A DNA stretch of 64,000 nt from Paecilomyces variotii (taxonomy: Eukaryota), in NCBI GenBank assembly GCA_004022145.1, contig RCNU01000002.1. One strand, 5' to 3'. Under the pieces are notes generated by a model. It ran no database searches and was not told where the DNA came from. It saw only the letters and a program-made list of their open reading frames with translations. A program made the position numbers and the translations under genes. Every line of letters starts with the position of its first letter. Within the stretch, counting starts at the first letter, position 1. This document shows positions 11,969 through 25,019 of the stretch, one piece after another.

Positions 11969-14962
11969 GATGGAGAGGAGCGTTGCCAAGCTCAGGCACG
12001 GCGAAGACGAGGTGAGATAGTGACGACGTCGACAAAGCCTAAGCTGAGATTTTGAAGTGATGATAACGTAGGGCAACCGTTTCGAGAGACGGAGCGTTTC
12101 ATGGGAAACGCAAAGAAGATAAGCGAAGCACGCCTAGTGAGCTTCGACGAAGCATTTAAGCCAGAACTAGAACAAAGTATCATGGATTGATCGGACTAAA
12201 CGTCAGTCGGAGCTTCTAAATTCTGCAAAGAGCCATGGGTTCCACTGCTGGCCCATCGGACGGCAAACTACGATATAGCTCTAAGCTAAATGACGATGGT
12301 GGATCGGTAACCCGGTTCCGGATGACCATATGGTACTCTACCATACGATCAGATAAGGAGAAAAGTTCATTTCCCGCTGCATGCATCTCACCGGATGACG
12401 ACTGGCGGCATGGAATATAATAATTAATAACTAGCAGCTTCTTATGAGACCGACTGCCCAAGCATGATCCAAAGGGAGTCCGACTAATTGCGCACGTGGG
12501 ATGTGGATGGTGATACTAATAAATTAGAATCAGTTCAACGAGCCGAAGGAAAATCGCCGTCGGGATGTCCAACCATACTCAATGCCGAGAAATCTCCTTC
12601 TATTCTTGGCTATTCTTTGCAAGACCAGCAAGGGCGTAGGAAAACTTTGATCGAGAAAAACAAATAAGCCACAGCCGCAACTAACTAGATGCAGGCTAAT
12701 CGTTTAATTAATCAATTCATGGACACCGTGGGCAGCAAGACTTTCGGCGAGATCCCGATCCGTCTTGATTTGCCGGCCGTTATAATAATGAAATACTTAG
12801 TTACTGACCACACGGCGTAATATATCATTCAATGATTACCAGCAGCAGCTCCTTCATCGAGTCTCGAAAGTACGTATCTACCCTGGAGTATGTCGCGTCC
12901 GCATTTCTCGAAGACTCGAACTCACCAAGTCCGTGGGTCCCTTGAAGACACGCGTTTCAACGTATCTACCAACAGTTACGTATTCCAGGCTCGCCAAAGC
13001 TCAAGAAAATAACCGAATTGGTTTTTCTGATGATCCACTCAAGGAGCACAGACTACTCCGTGCACTTTGCAAATCATTTCAAGCAGCGATCATCAACTGG
13101 ACAAACGCACATCTTCCTCAAAAAAGACAAGTCCAATGCATCGGTTGTTGACTGGTCCAATTTTGCTGCGAGTTGACCCGTCTCCCTTTCTCCCGTAGTA
13201 ATACTTAATGGAGAAGGACCCTAACTAAAGATGGACCGAGCAAACCGCCCAGAGATAAGATAATCTGATCCGTTCTTTTCCGCATCAACCCAGACTCTGG
13301 CCTCAGACAACAACAGGACCCAGTTAGGAGATTGCATATCAAGCAGAGGGCTGCATATCTGACTCATGGGCTTCAGTGACCGTATCATACTTTCTGCAGC
13401 TAGCGCCTTGGTCTCAACAGAACGACCTATATGGAACCTGGTTGCGTTGATGTATTGCAGATACCGAGAGAACAAAATCCCTGCTACGTATCAATTAGCT
13501 CAGCCTGATTTCTGGAGTCTACCATCGACTCCCGGACAGATGGAAACCAGCCTATTGCCAGGCCCACATGGCCTGCTAACATGCGTAGATCAAGCGTGCT
13601 TCCTCGTCATATCGGGGTCCCGGCTAGAGGGTCCTAAAAGGGGAGTTAAATTATTAACAGAGACCTTCTAGACTTTCAACGAGAAAGCTATATATATCTC
13701 AGCTAACAGAAGAGTAAGATAAGGTTATTTCCCCGCCAGATCTAGATTGGCTTTCTAGACTGCGTGATAGACGCTCCTCGGGCCCTGTTGTCTCATGTGG
13801 CTGAAGATGGAGTATTGGGCTGTCGATCATCGCCAGCTCTGCACAAGCGGTTGCAGACAGGGTGCTTGTTTTAGACCAAATGATAAACTGGTTTTAACGC
13901 GCCTTGCGGTAGCGAGATAGGAATATTGACAGAGATACGGAGTATTTCATTAGGAACTGGGAGGTTCTCGAGGCTGGGACGACGTGCTTTCCCTACCTCC
14001 CAGGGCACGTGAATGAATTTAACACCGGTAGAATATGCAGCATTATTGCACTCTATGTACGAAAACCCGAATCTATATTAAAGATTACAATACCACGGGA
14101 ATATCCTAGTCTGGAATCCCTCGATTATGAAAAGAAGTCTGATAATACTCTTCAAACTTCAGTAGACTGTTCTCACACCCCTAGTCCGTCCTGCGTAGGC
14201 TTCAAGGAGCCCCCTCGTCCAAGGGAGCATTCAGGACGGGTCTGAAATGTAGTGGAGATAGAAATTGGAACCAGGTGACAGTTTCCGACCATCTCTCTCC
14301 GTTTTCTTCACGACTAGACTTTGAATATAGCCTGACCCTCCAAACCCGGCACTATAGCCGCCATAAACACAATAAACCCGGGGGCTGGTTTGCGGTAGAC
14401 TACATGCTCAGGCGAAGAGGCATGCTCAAGATCTAGCCATGGAGCAAATGAAAAGAGCAATTCGATCAGAATTGACCACCGAGGCGTACAATTTCTGTTG
14501 ATCTTGCGCTTTACCTCAAGTCCGCGGACTTGGGAACTTGTGATCTCCCGACCATGGAAGTGGAGGCTGGGAGACGTAGTTTGCTCTGTTCGGAAGCAGC
14601 GCGTCTGACCTGTTTGGTAGCACATTCTGAATAGCGACAGACATGTGCATTGGACCCAAAAAACAGATATCATCGAGAAAACAAAGAAGCGTGTGTGACA
14701 AGAGGTGAGATATTGTACAATTATTTTGTATATACATCGTCAACCGGCCCGGACCATCGTTAGTAATAAAACAAGGACACACGCTGCGTAGTCGGACCAC
14801 ATGCAAAGAACCTGTGGGTATATCCACCAATATCCCAAGATCGCCAGTATAGAGCTCAGGGAACCAATTCGCTGGACTCATCAAACCACCTCTAGCCTCT
14901 AGAAATGAGTAATAATACATTCGGAGTTAAGATAGACTCATTACCCAATGTTCATGGGTACG

Positions 14963-17900
14963 TTATGCCGACAAAGCTGCTCCTTCTGGAGGCTGTTCGA
15001 AATCCCCCTCCGGCTGAGCGTTCATTGAAAGTTTTCGCACATCCCAGTTCTCTGCATTGGCCCAGTCCTTCTTCTCTCCAAGGACGCAGACAGATCGCCG
15101 AGGACCATCTACAAGAAACCTCTGGGCCGCCCGATTGACGTCTTCAGCAGTGACGTCGAGGACTTGCTCCCTCCATCGTTGGTCCATCTCATGGGTGACA
15201 CCACTCATGAAATAGCGCATACCTTCTTCGTCAACACTCATCGGTGCATCGAGTCCTTGGAAAATTCCCAGTTTAGCCTCGTCAAGCTCCCGTTGGGTCC
15301 AAGTCCGATCCCGGGCGAAAATGCCGGTGTTCTTGAAGACATTCAGCGAATTCAGAGGATTTGGGTCTCGGTAACTGGAAAGCGTAAATATACCCTTGAT
15401 TGGACCGTTGCTGGCACCAGCTCCATAGGCGCCTCCCTTCTCACGAATCTCAGGGTGAAGATAGTTGTGCGTAAGAAGCTGACCAAGGACGCTGAGTGAC
15501 GCGCTCGTCGGATCCACAAAAGGAACGGTCTGCAGGGCCACGCCCGAGTAGTAGACCTTGTAAGGCATGTCATAAAGAACCATAGGCGAATGAGAAGGAG
15601 ATTCAGGTCCGCTTAGAGGAGCAGAAGGATTAAGCGTGCTTGGCAGGCCAGAGAGCCACTTTTGCAGAGTGGACTCGTTCTCTGCAGCGCTACCTGGCTC
15701 ACAAACCATACGCACACGGAATCTCGGCGATCTTGAGATCGCGAACGACTGTATCTGACGCAATTTTCCAATTAGCTCATTGAGATGATCAGATGATGTC
15801 TCCGCATCTCGAAGCAAGTTGGCGGTAGCCTGCAATTGAGCGAGGCCAGAGTACTGCTCCTGAACCCAGAACGCCCGGGAGAGTGCCGCAGCAGCAGCAT
15901 TGACAGCATATCGGTGGCCGGTTCCTGCAACTGCGTCAAGCGCCCCATTTGTCGTTGATCGCAGAAGCTCTTGGATCATCCTGGGAGCTTCCGGGCTACC
16001 AAAGTCCGTTTCGGTGATGAGAGTAGATAGGATGTCCAACATCGTGGGAACATTCTTATCCAATGCAAACCCGGAGAATTGCAGACCCTCACTGAATTTC
16101 CCTACTTCGGTAGGAGATGACACTAGGAAGGATGAGGTGCTGACACCGCCAGTTTTGAGCTTGATCAGATCTTCCCACTGTTCCATAGTCCTGTTAGGAG
16201 TGCCCAAACGCATGATGCAGTCATTGAACAGCGGCAGCAATAGACGGAGATCATCAGGAAGGCCCTCAAATGCATTGAGAGCTTGGAAGTAAGTCAGTCC
16301 ATTGGTGGGAGCTTCGCGCCAAACCACATCCACCTCATCGACCTTCGACTCCCTGACAGGTTTGCGTTCTTTCTCCCGGGAGATATCCTTGACGGTGAGA
16401 GACGGAAGGCAACTGAGATCCGCGTGCTGAGCATTTTCTTGGACCTTGAGAAGTTCCAGTTCCTCCTCCTCCAGCTTGGCGATAGTCTTTTCGACAGAGC
16501 CTAACTTCTCCGTCAACTCAGACAGCTTCGCACTCCTCCGAGTCGATTCGTTCTCATCGAGTTCCTGGTTGAAGGTTGGCGAGCCAACCATAGTAAATGT
16601 GAGGGATTTGTCGGTAATTAGATACTTCTGTACCAAGGACTCAAGGTAGCCGCCCTCCGCGTATCTCCTCTTGAACTCCTCAATAACGTCATTCCAGGCG
16701 AGTTCCTTCATCGGGTCAGTGCCATTGAACCATGAAGAAATAGTCTTCTCCATAATACCAAGCCCGAAGTTGGCAGTCTTGTGCCTCAAAGCAAGCTCTA
16801 GCTGGTGCAGGAATCCTTGAACCTTTTCATCGCTAAACCCAGTGGCCAGGCATTCCTGGAACACGTTCTGTATGGTCTCTTTTACCAGAGGAACGTTTTT
16901 CTCCTCTACCCCGCTAACGCCAACGGAGAAGATCGGAATCTTTCCGGAGGCATCGAGACCGGTGTTAGGCGTGAATTGGGAGCCCAGTTCGCTCTCAATC
17001 AGCGCTCTATACAGCGGCGAGCCATATCCATCGAGGAGCAATGACGACAAAATCCCGAGAGAAAACGTCTGAACAACATCTGTCGAATCTCCCATGAGCC
17101 ACGAAGTGGAAGTCTTGTGTTGCTTGTCTTCACTGGTGAAGGAGTCAATAGGTCCTGGAACTGTCACGTTCAGAGGGCCGCGGCTAAGATCAATAGGCAA
17201 TTTGATCTCTTTATCTGGCTGGCCTCTGTCAAAGCCATCAAGCACGCTACCTATCTGCTTCAGATGATCACTCAGAGACATATCTCCATAAGTGACAATC
17301 TTCGCGTTTGACGGGTGGTAGTTTCGTTTTGAAAAATCAACCAACTGCTTGTGTGTAAGATCAGTGATGAACTGAGGATCGCCTCCGGAGTTGTTTATCG
17401 CAGGGAAGATGCTCTCCTTGAATCTGATGTAGTATAGGTAGTTGGCGTCCGACATCTGGCCCTTCATTTCATTGTAAACCACACCCTTGAAGACGATGTC
17501 TTCCAGTCGCTTGCTCTCTGATGTCTTATCATCCTGCTTTTCGAAAGCTCTCGGGTCCTCCGGTCCAAGACGCCATCCTTCCTGTCTGAAATCCTCCTCC
17601 TTCAGCAGAGGATGTAAGGTCGCATCAAGGTAGACAGACAAGAGATTCTGGAAATCTTGTTTATTCGTGGTGGCAAATGGATAAGTAGTATGGTCTGAAG
17701 AAGTGAATGCATTCATAAAATTCGAAAGTGATCGAGGGAGCATCTTAAAGAAAGGATCGCGAACAGGATACCTTTTTCTAGTTAGCTATTATATGCAGAT
17801 GGTGCAAATCCGGAGGCACTTACTTCTCGCTGCCACATAACGTGGTATGTTCCAGAATATGAGGTACCCCGGTCGCATCTGGGGGGTTTGTCTTGAATCC

Positions 17901-18203
17901 GATCCCAAAAACATTGTTCTTGTCGTCCCTTGCCACGTGCAGATAATCGGCGTCGGTTCTGTCATGTTTCAAGAGGACGGCTGTAAGATGCAGCTCGGAC
18001 ACATGCTTCTTGTCCTTGACGGTAAAACCATGGAGCTTCTCACCCACGGCAGGAAAACTGTTGATATCCGTCACCGTAGAAGCATCTCTCCTTATCAAGG
18101 AGGGCCATGGAGCTCTAGGAGCAGGCCTTCGTAGCAGACCGCGGGCAGATGGCCGTAACACAGGCAGGGCATTTCTGCCCGTTGCCAAAGACGACCGCCA
18201 CAT
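14963..18203 (-). CDS. CYM1: Mitochondrial presequence protease (pitrilysin family M16C); intron 17772-17823
   Basis: Inverted zinc motif [18 protein letters not shown] across the splice, IREKGGAYG and SYRDP. Arg-rich N-terminal presequence. Confidence 0.96.
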
Positions 18204-18940
18204 GATGGAGTTTGGATATCACAGCAGTAAGGGAGAACGCAGTTGCTATCCTCAGGAAGACGGCACTAGACTGCTCTCACCGCAGTGGCATGCCACGTCT
18301 TCTGTAGTCAGACGGTGCTGGTTCGGCGCTTCCGGGTATCACAATCGGCGCGCAGAGCTGTCTGCCGTGCTGGAATCCGCTCAAACACAAAGCACCGGCA
18401 ACCGCAGTGACCGAGTCTCCCTCAGTCAGTCGTCTGCAGCAGTGATGTTTCCTTTAGCGTGTCGGGGCTAGAAGCTGTCACTAGAAGAAGGTCATTAATC
18501 AGATCCTCAGATCCTCAGTAGTTTTGGCCGCGGGCGCCAAGAGCCGCCGTGAAGATTTCGGGCTAGGCTGCTTAGCGTTGGTCAAGTGCGCATCCCCTCT
18601 TACCACCGGACTCGATCCTCCCCGGCAAGATCCTCGAAACACCTGCGCTTCTTCGTCGAATCTCCCAGAAGCCACAGATTGCGCTCACTGGGATCTGCCG
18701 TTGTCCACCGTGGCTTGCACCGCCTGGCTGGACCTCTCGAATCCTACATGCACGCTTTTCGTCGTCGATAACGTTTGGCCAAGGGAGCTTGAAAAATTCA
18801 CCAAGGTACTTTGTTGGTCGTGAGCCCGACGCTCACCAAGCAACTCTTCTCGCCGGGCAGGTCCCAAGCGGCCCTGTCCGTGGGATATACGGAGGTTTAG
18901 GGTTGTCAAGGCTCGCCGCAGGGTTATTTGCGGCATAGTG

Positions 18941-20696
18941 ATGGCAGTCGTTGCTCCACGCGCACCGTCGATTTCGAACCATTCTCGTCTTCCATCTGTC
19001 GCCAACACCCACGCGACACTAGTGAACGGACAGGCACAGCATCCCGTTCCCTCGACGGCCGCAGGCAGTCCCAAGCCGGTCATGTCATCAACAGCAATGG
19101 CAAAAAAATCGAAGGGAAAGAAGGTCGCAGACCCCAACGAGACCTCGAAGCTGTTGGCAGCCAAGATCTCGCAGTTGGAACAAGATGCGGCCGGGGAAAA
19201 GGACCAGGAGGCTGAGATCGGTACGTAGATGCAATTAGGAGGCGTCTTCCTCGGGCAGATCCTAGTACTAAACCACTAGAGGCATATTGGCCACGTGGAT
19301 GTGGGCTTGCTAACGGTGATTCCATGAACTGCAGAACGGGAAGTAAAGAAGGCGACCAGAGATCTTAACCAGCTGCTCAACAATATCGAGTCGCCAATGA
19401 CACGCCTCGAAACCGTCCACAAGAAGTATACGGAGCTATTGGCGGATATGAAGAAGCTAGACCGTGATTATGCAAAGAGCAAGAAAAGAGCCGATCAACT
19501 ACAGAAAGACCAAGATAAGGGAAAATCGGAGTTAAATAAGACGGCTACTATGAAGGACAAGTTGGAGAAGCTGTGTCGCGAACTTACAAAAGAGAACAAG
19601 AAAGTCAAAGTGGGTTCATGGCTTCTAGTGGCAGACAGAAGGCCATGCTGACTGGGATGATGCAGGATGAAAATAAAAAACTCGAAGAAACTGAGAAAAA
19701 GGCACGGACTATTGTCAATGAGCGGCTGGATTCGTTGTTGTACGACATCCAGGATGTCATGGCTTCCAAAGGCAATCCTCGCAACGAGAAGGTGGATATC
19801 GATTTGGACGAAGCGTGAGTCGCCGTATGCTTCCGCGATCCGTTAAGTTCGGTTCTAACTTCAACACCTCAGACTGCGTGCCAAGATTAAAACTATCGGC
19901 GAAAAATTCGAGATGCGCGAGCTCCATTATAAAGCACTTCTGCGTAGCAAGGATGCGGAAATTCAAAGCTTGACTGCGAAGTACGAAGAACAACGTCGGA
20001 CGGCGGAAAATGAAGCTGCTCGATGCCGCGCTTTAAGTTCGCAAGTATCGACTTTCTCGCATACCGAAGCTGAACTTCGCAGTCAGCTGAATATTTACGT
20101 GGAGAAGTTCAAGCAGGTATGGCCATACTTCTGCTACGACACTGACACTTCGTTCTTTCGCGGGGCTATCATCGATCTATTGCTAACAACTGATACAGGT
20201 TGAGGACACCTTAAACAATAGCAACGAACTGTTCCTGACGTTTCGCAAAGAGATGGAGGAAATGTCGAAGAAAACAAAACGCCTAGAGAAGGAGAATCTG
20301 ACTCTGACCCGCAAGCACGACCAGACGAATCGAAATATTCTTGAGATGGCCGAGGAGCGGACTAGAAATCATGAGGAACTGGAAAAATGGAGAAAAAAGA
20401 GCAACCACCTCGAGGCGCTTTGCCGTCGCATGCAGGAGCAAGGTCGAGGTCAGGCTTTGACTGGCGAGCTGGATGGCGACGACGAAGGCACTGAAAGCGA
20501 GTACGACGAAGATTACGAAGATGAGGAAGATGACGAGGTAATCAGCGATGAAGAAGAGTACGAGCTCGACAATGGAGACCGTGAGGTTATGGAACATCAG
20601 CATGAGAAGCCCGTCTTTGGACCGCCACCTCCTCCTAACCTCGCGGAGGCGCGTGCAAACGGTACCAAGCCCGTGGTTAATGGAATTAGCCATTGA
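18941..20696 (+). CDS. Taxilin-family coiled-coil protein (5 exons)
   Basis: KLEKLCREL, ELRSQLNIYVEKFKQVEDTLNNSNELFLTFRKEMEEMSKKTKRLEKEN and LEALCRRMQ. Four GT-AG introns restore the frame. Confidence 0.9.
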
Positions 20697-21176
20697 CTAT
20701 TTGGAGGCAACGAGTAAAACGAGGTGCTGGGCATTGACAGAGATGTCGATGCCATCATGCTATGTCTTTCTGCAACAAGCCATGTCCACCTAACCTGTCA
20801 ACACGAGAATTGTACTATAACCGTGTTTTTCAGTACTAGGTACTCTGTCTTTGATGAAAGTATGATTGAACCAAGAAATTGGAACACTCGTCTCTGCAGT
20901 CTTTCGGACAGAGTACCTGGTGGATACCTGTTCTCAGAAGTCGCTACTCTGCGGCACGATCCTGTTGTCGAGTCGCTCTAGTTGAAACGTGTTATGTTAT
21001 ATTATGCGGGTTTGAATTGTCTACAGTGTGCCTTTGTAACTATTGTTCCTGCCATACCGTAGTAAGCTATTCTTCAAGGGTAGCATGCGTCGTTGGAAAT
21101 GGTCATCCTGCAATTCTTCACCCAACAAAAGATTCATGCAATCCAATCCTCTAGTGTAGTCACTCCCTCCGCTTCG

Positions 21177-22223
21177 TTACAACTTGCTCGCTGCTCCCCC
21201 CTCATTAATATAAGATACTCCATGTTTAAGCGCGGCCACCGCCTCCTGGACCATATCCTGAACAATCGCAGCAGCTGGTTTGATATCGTTCACGACGGCG
21301 GCCACATCTCCCATCAGGTAAGGGAAATCCACATCCTTCCCTTCCTCTATATCATGCTCCATTGGAATAATGCCTCGCTTTGTCAACCGCTGAATCTCCT
21401 CCGGCCTCTTCTCCCATTCCTGGATATACTCATTTGGCCTTATGCGCAAAGGCCGCCCCGTAACGACCAGCGTACGCAGCGTATCTCCAAATCTCGCAGT
21501 TACAACCGCCTCCTTGTGTAGCTTACTCGCACCGCTCTCCTCGGAGGCTACGAAACGAGTTCCCACCCAGACAGCAGACGCTCCCAGCATCAACGCCGCA
21601 GCTAAACTGCGTCCATCATTGACACCTCCCGCAGCGACAACCATAGGCGGCTGACCAGTTAAGGGACTCTCATATTTCCTCGCAACATCAACCACCGCTG
21701 GGACAAGGATCGAGAAGGGAACATCGCCCGTATGACCGCCTCCTTCGCCACCTTGCGCACAGACAATGTCAACGCCGGCCTTGAGCGCCTTCTCCGCATG
21801 TTTCGGTGCCCCTACCATATTCATGATGAGTATACCCGCCTCATGAAGACGCTTGATTGTATGCGCGGGCGGGACGCCAACTGCGGAAACAAATAGTTTT
21901 GCACCGTGTTTGATCGTTACCTCAATGAGTTCGTTGAGATGTCCATGGGTGTAATCATGGTTTGTGGCGCGTGCGCCATCTCCCACCTTTGGAAGAGCGA
22001 GGTCCACGCCGAATGGGAGAGATTTGTCGTGAAGAAGGGACTTCAGTTCTGTTAGGATCTCGTCTAGTTGAGCGGGCGTATAACCCAGACCTCCCACGGT
22101 GCCTAGGCCTCCTGCATTGGAGACTGCTGCGGCCAAGGGAGCGCCTGATGCGCGGGCCATGCCAGCTAGGAGAATGGGGTGTTTGATCCCTAGAAGCTTG
22201 GAGAGGGGAGTTTGCAGGGACAT
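21177..22223 (-). CDS. Nitronate monooxygenase / 2-nitropropane dioxygenase family flavoprotein
   Basis: LAAAVSNAGGLG, QGGEGGGHTG and VAAGG..DGRSLAAALMLGA..VWVGTRF motifs. Intronless, 348 aa. Confidence 0.93.
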   Translation of the reverse strand: MSLQTPLSKLLGIKHPILLAGMARASGAPLAAAVSNAGGLGTVGGLGYTPAQLDEILTELKSLLHDKSLPFGVDLALPKVGDGARATNHDYTHGHLNELIEVTIKHGAKLFVSAVGVPPAHTIKRLHEAGILIMNMVGAPKHAEKALKAGVDIVCAQGGEGGGHTGDVPFSILVPAVVDVARKYESPLTGQPPMVVAAGGVNDGRSLAAALMLGASAVWVGTRFVASEESGASKLHKEAVVTARFGDTLRTLVVTGRPLRIRPNEYIQEWEKRPEEIQRLTKRGIIPMEHDIEEGKDVDFPYLMGDVAAVVNDIKPAAAIVQDMVQEAVAALKHGVSYINEGGAASKL

Positions 22224-23155
22224 GATGGCGGTGATTGTTTTAAGAAGAGAGTCACAGAAACAGAGACTTAGAAGAGACCAGACACAAGCAGCATATAGAT
22301 TATTATCGAGTTCGATAGGAACTCTAAAGAGAATAGACCCCTGCGATTGAGTTTAGAATTATGTATGTGCTTGGAGGTTGGGTCGAGGATGAAGTCAAGC
22401 CACTTATTTTCTCACGGGAACTGATAAGTTCAGAAAACGAGATGAGCGTATCCTACTTATATGCTAGACTAAAGACACTAGTAGTCTCCTGATTAGATAC
22501 TTAGTATGGACCCCATCCAAAATCTGGAGTAAGATCTAATAGTGAAGGCGGGGAAAGCTGGAGGTTTGGCCTACATCGAACCGGACCGAGGTATACATAT
22601 GATCGTCCACTAGGTACAGTAATTAACTAGCGAGTAGTTACAAAAGGGTTTATGTCAGATCCACCGCAACCAACAGGGGGCATTTTTGGTCGAGCAGTCT
22701 AGAGTCCGATATTCTGTGCAAATGCGCCTTGTGGTCTTGTTATTATTGTTACTAAAAGAGACAATGGTTTTGTTCTTGAGTTTCATGTAGAGGTAAAGCT
22801 GCAGGAAGCAAGCCGCAGCTTGCTTTGCAATGAGTAGCGGGTTGCTATATGTCCAGTTTTGGTGTCTTGACGAAGTATACATGTGTCCTTCTTAGAATAG
22901 TTTGAGCAGATATATTAATGCAGGTCCATGTTGAAGAAATTGGCCGGGTTGGGTTGATTCAATTTGTCGCACGTACTCTTAATTTCGGTTCCATAACGAA
23001 GCGGACCGGACCAAATAGGTGCGTCTGCTTATATTCTGAAAATATCATTATTTATGTACATAAAGGATTGCAGTATCCCATCAGAACCTTCTCTGGTTAA
23101 GCTTATGAGGAGCTTCTCTACCGATCTGAGGCTGTTGTCCCTGTGTATCAACCAT

Positions 23156-23671
23156 TTACGCCTGGAATATAGCCACGAGCGCCGGCGCGAGGATACCAGC
23201 CATCCCAAACACAGCGTCTTTATTCGCCAGGTTAGACTCAGTAGAATGCGAGGCACTGGTTGCTGAAGCTGCAAGTTGCCTAATAATTGAAGAAGAGAGC
23301 GTCTCGTTAGTTTTGAGGGTGACTGGCGAGCGACAGTAGCAGTCGAATCACATCGCAAACAAAGTTATGAACAGGTGCGCCGTTATAGGAGCTTACCGCG
23401 GGACAGTTCCAGTTTCCGTTACAAATTGTCGTCTCAATTCATGAGTGATCTCAGCAGCACTGGTCGAGCTAGCTTTAGTTTCTGTTGGTACCGGTGGTTT
23501 GGCGACCCGGCCTGGAGGATAGTAATAGCCTACAGCTCCTGCAGGAGCCCAGCCAAGAGACCCAGGCAGACTGCGTCGAAATATGGATGCCGCGTTTTGA
23601 GGAAGAGACTCGAAACGAAAGGCAAGAGTGAGGGCGGATGACAAGAGGAGAAACAGGTAAACATCGCCCAT
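23156..23671 (-). CDS. Small putative secreted/GPI-anchored protein, 132 aa (exons 23671-23397, 23279-23156)
   Basis: Hydrophobic N-terminus (VYLFLLLSSALTLA). A GTAAGC...CTAAC...TAG intron gives an in-frame Ser/Thr/Ala-rich exon ending VFGMAGILAPALVAIFQA*. Confidence 0.6.
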
Positions 23672-24877
23672 CAAGCGGCGAAGGGGGTAGAAGATCTGCA
23701 TCTTCGCCTGTACTTTTCTGTAAGGATGCACACTATTAACCGTGTCCCTAGTCCTGTAAATGTGAAAGGAGTTGAAGGAGTTGAAGAAGGGGTAGCAGAT
23801 GGAGGGAGGAAAGGGCGAAAGTAAATATGACTGAAGGGAGCGCAACGCAGTGTGATCGTCCGCCGTGAGAGAAACGCGAAAACACCAGGAGAATGATCTG
23901 ATCAGTCATCCAGACCTTGATTTTGCGCTTTCTTCCATTCCATAATCTATTGTTGTCTCTCGTGGGTACATGCTTATCCGAGTGTGCCTTCTCACGCGTG
24001 TAAATAATGGGAAGAGTTGAACAAAGAACCAATAAAGTCTCCGTATGTTGATGTTATGGTCAGCAAAGTGGCTTTTGGTATGTGAATCCCAATGTTGGCA
24101 TGGACCCACTGGCGATTATTATTAACTCGTTACCTTTGTTCCGGTCTGACATGCTATTGTGGTGGTTAGTGGCATTCCACAGTCGTGAGATGTCTCATAA
24201 CGCTCTCTACGCCCTCGGCCCCATCTATATTTCATAGCAGTTTCTGCACATGTCACATCTTGCTTCATTAAATGATGCTATAATACTTCCAGAATACTGA
24301 CAATTCAAGAGAGGATGCCATATTCAGGGTTGTTAGTCGGTATTTTTAAACATTAGACAGCTTCTTGTCGAAATGTCGAAGGGAGTAAGCACATTGGCGA
24401 TTGCAACCACACAAGCATGTCGACTGAAACATGGAGTGATCTCCATTTTCTAATCAACTGTTGTGCTTCAATTGTTGCTAGATAGGGTTCCGTGCTGGCA
24501 GTCACAAGGATGCGTATTTTGTATTGAAGCAATTCCCTTGAATATTGGCTGAGAAGTATTGTCTCTCTTAACTTCTTCCATCCACGGCTCCATTGTGAGA
24601 TAGTCCTGGTTAGTACTTTGACTCTTCAATTGCAGGCTATTGTGGCAGTAGGGAAAGTCGTCATCCAAGAGCCACTTCTCTGGTCTAACCCAGGGATTTC
24701 TTTGAGTATGCAGCCATGGCCACTGGATAGTTCAGACAGCATTATTTGATAGAATGAGACGTTGTAGAAGGGGGTTGTCGAGAGACAAAGGCTAACTAGG
24801 TAGACCCGTGGGAAGCTGAAGCGGTTAGGCTAGTTAAGTATCGGGAGTTCCCCGCTCATTAATCTCGACGCCAAAAA

Positions 24878-24892
24878 ACGCGTGATGCGCGT
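24878..24892. promoter_or_regulatory. MCB (MluI cell-cycle box) ACGCGT plus degenerate GCGCGT upstream of POL31
   Basis: aaaaACGCGTgatGCGCGTcac lies ~140 nt before the ATG of a DNA replication gene, a class typically regulated by MBF. Confidence 0.7.
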
Positions 24893-25019
24893 CACATCAC
24901 GTCTGCCGATAGCTTTGGTCGACAACTACACAGCTTTCGAGGACCATTCTGGCCGTTCGGAGCTCTACCAGGTCTTTTCATCACTCAGCAATCTGTGAAA
25001 GAAGGGCTCTTATGACAGG

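Noticed and set aside
14517..14532. Perfect 16-bp palindrome CAAGTCCGCGGACTTG containing the PDRE-like TCCGCGGA
   Set aside because: About one such palindrome is expected by chance in 64 kb, and it lies 2.5 kb from the MFS ATG.
24300..24760. Short minus-strand ORFs upstream of POL31
   Set aside because: No recognisable motifs or consistent splice structure.
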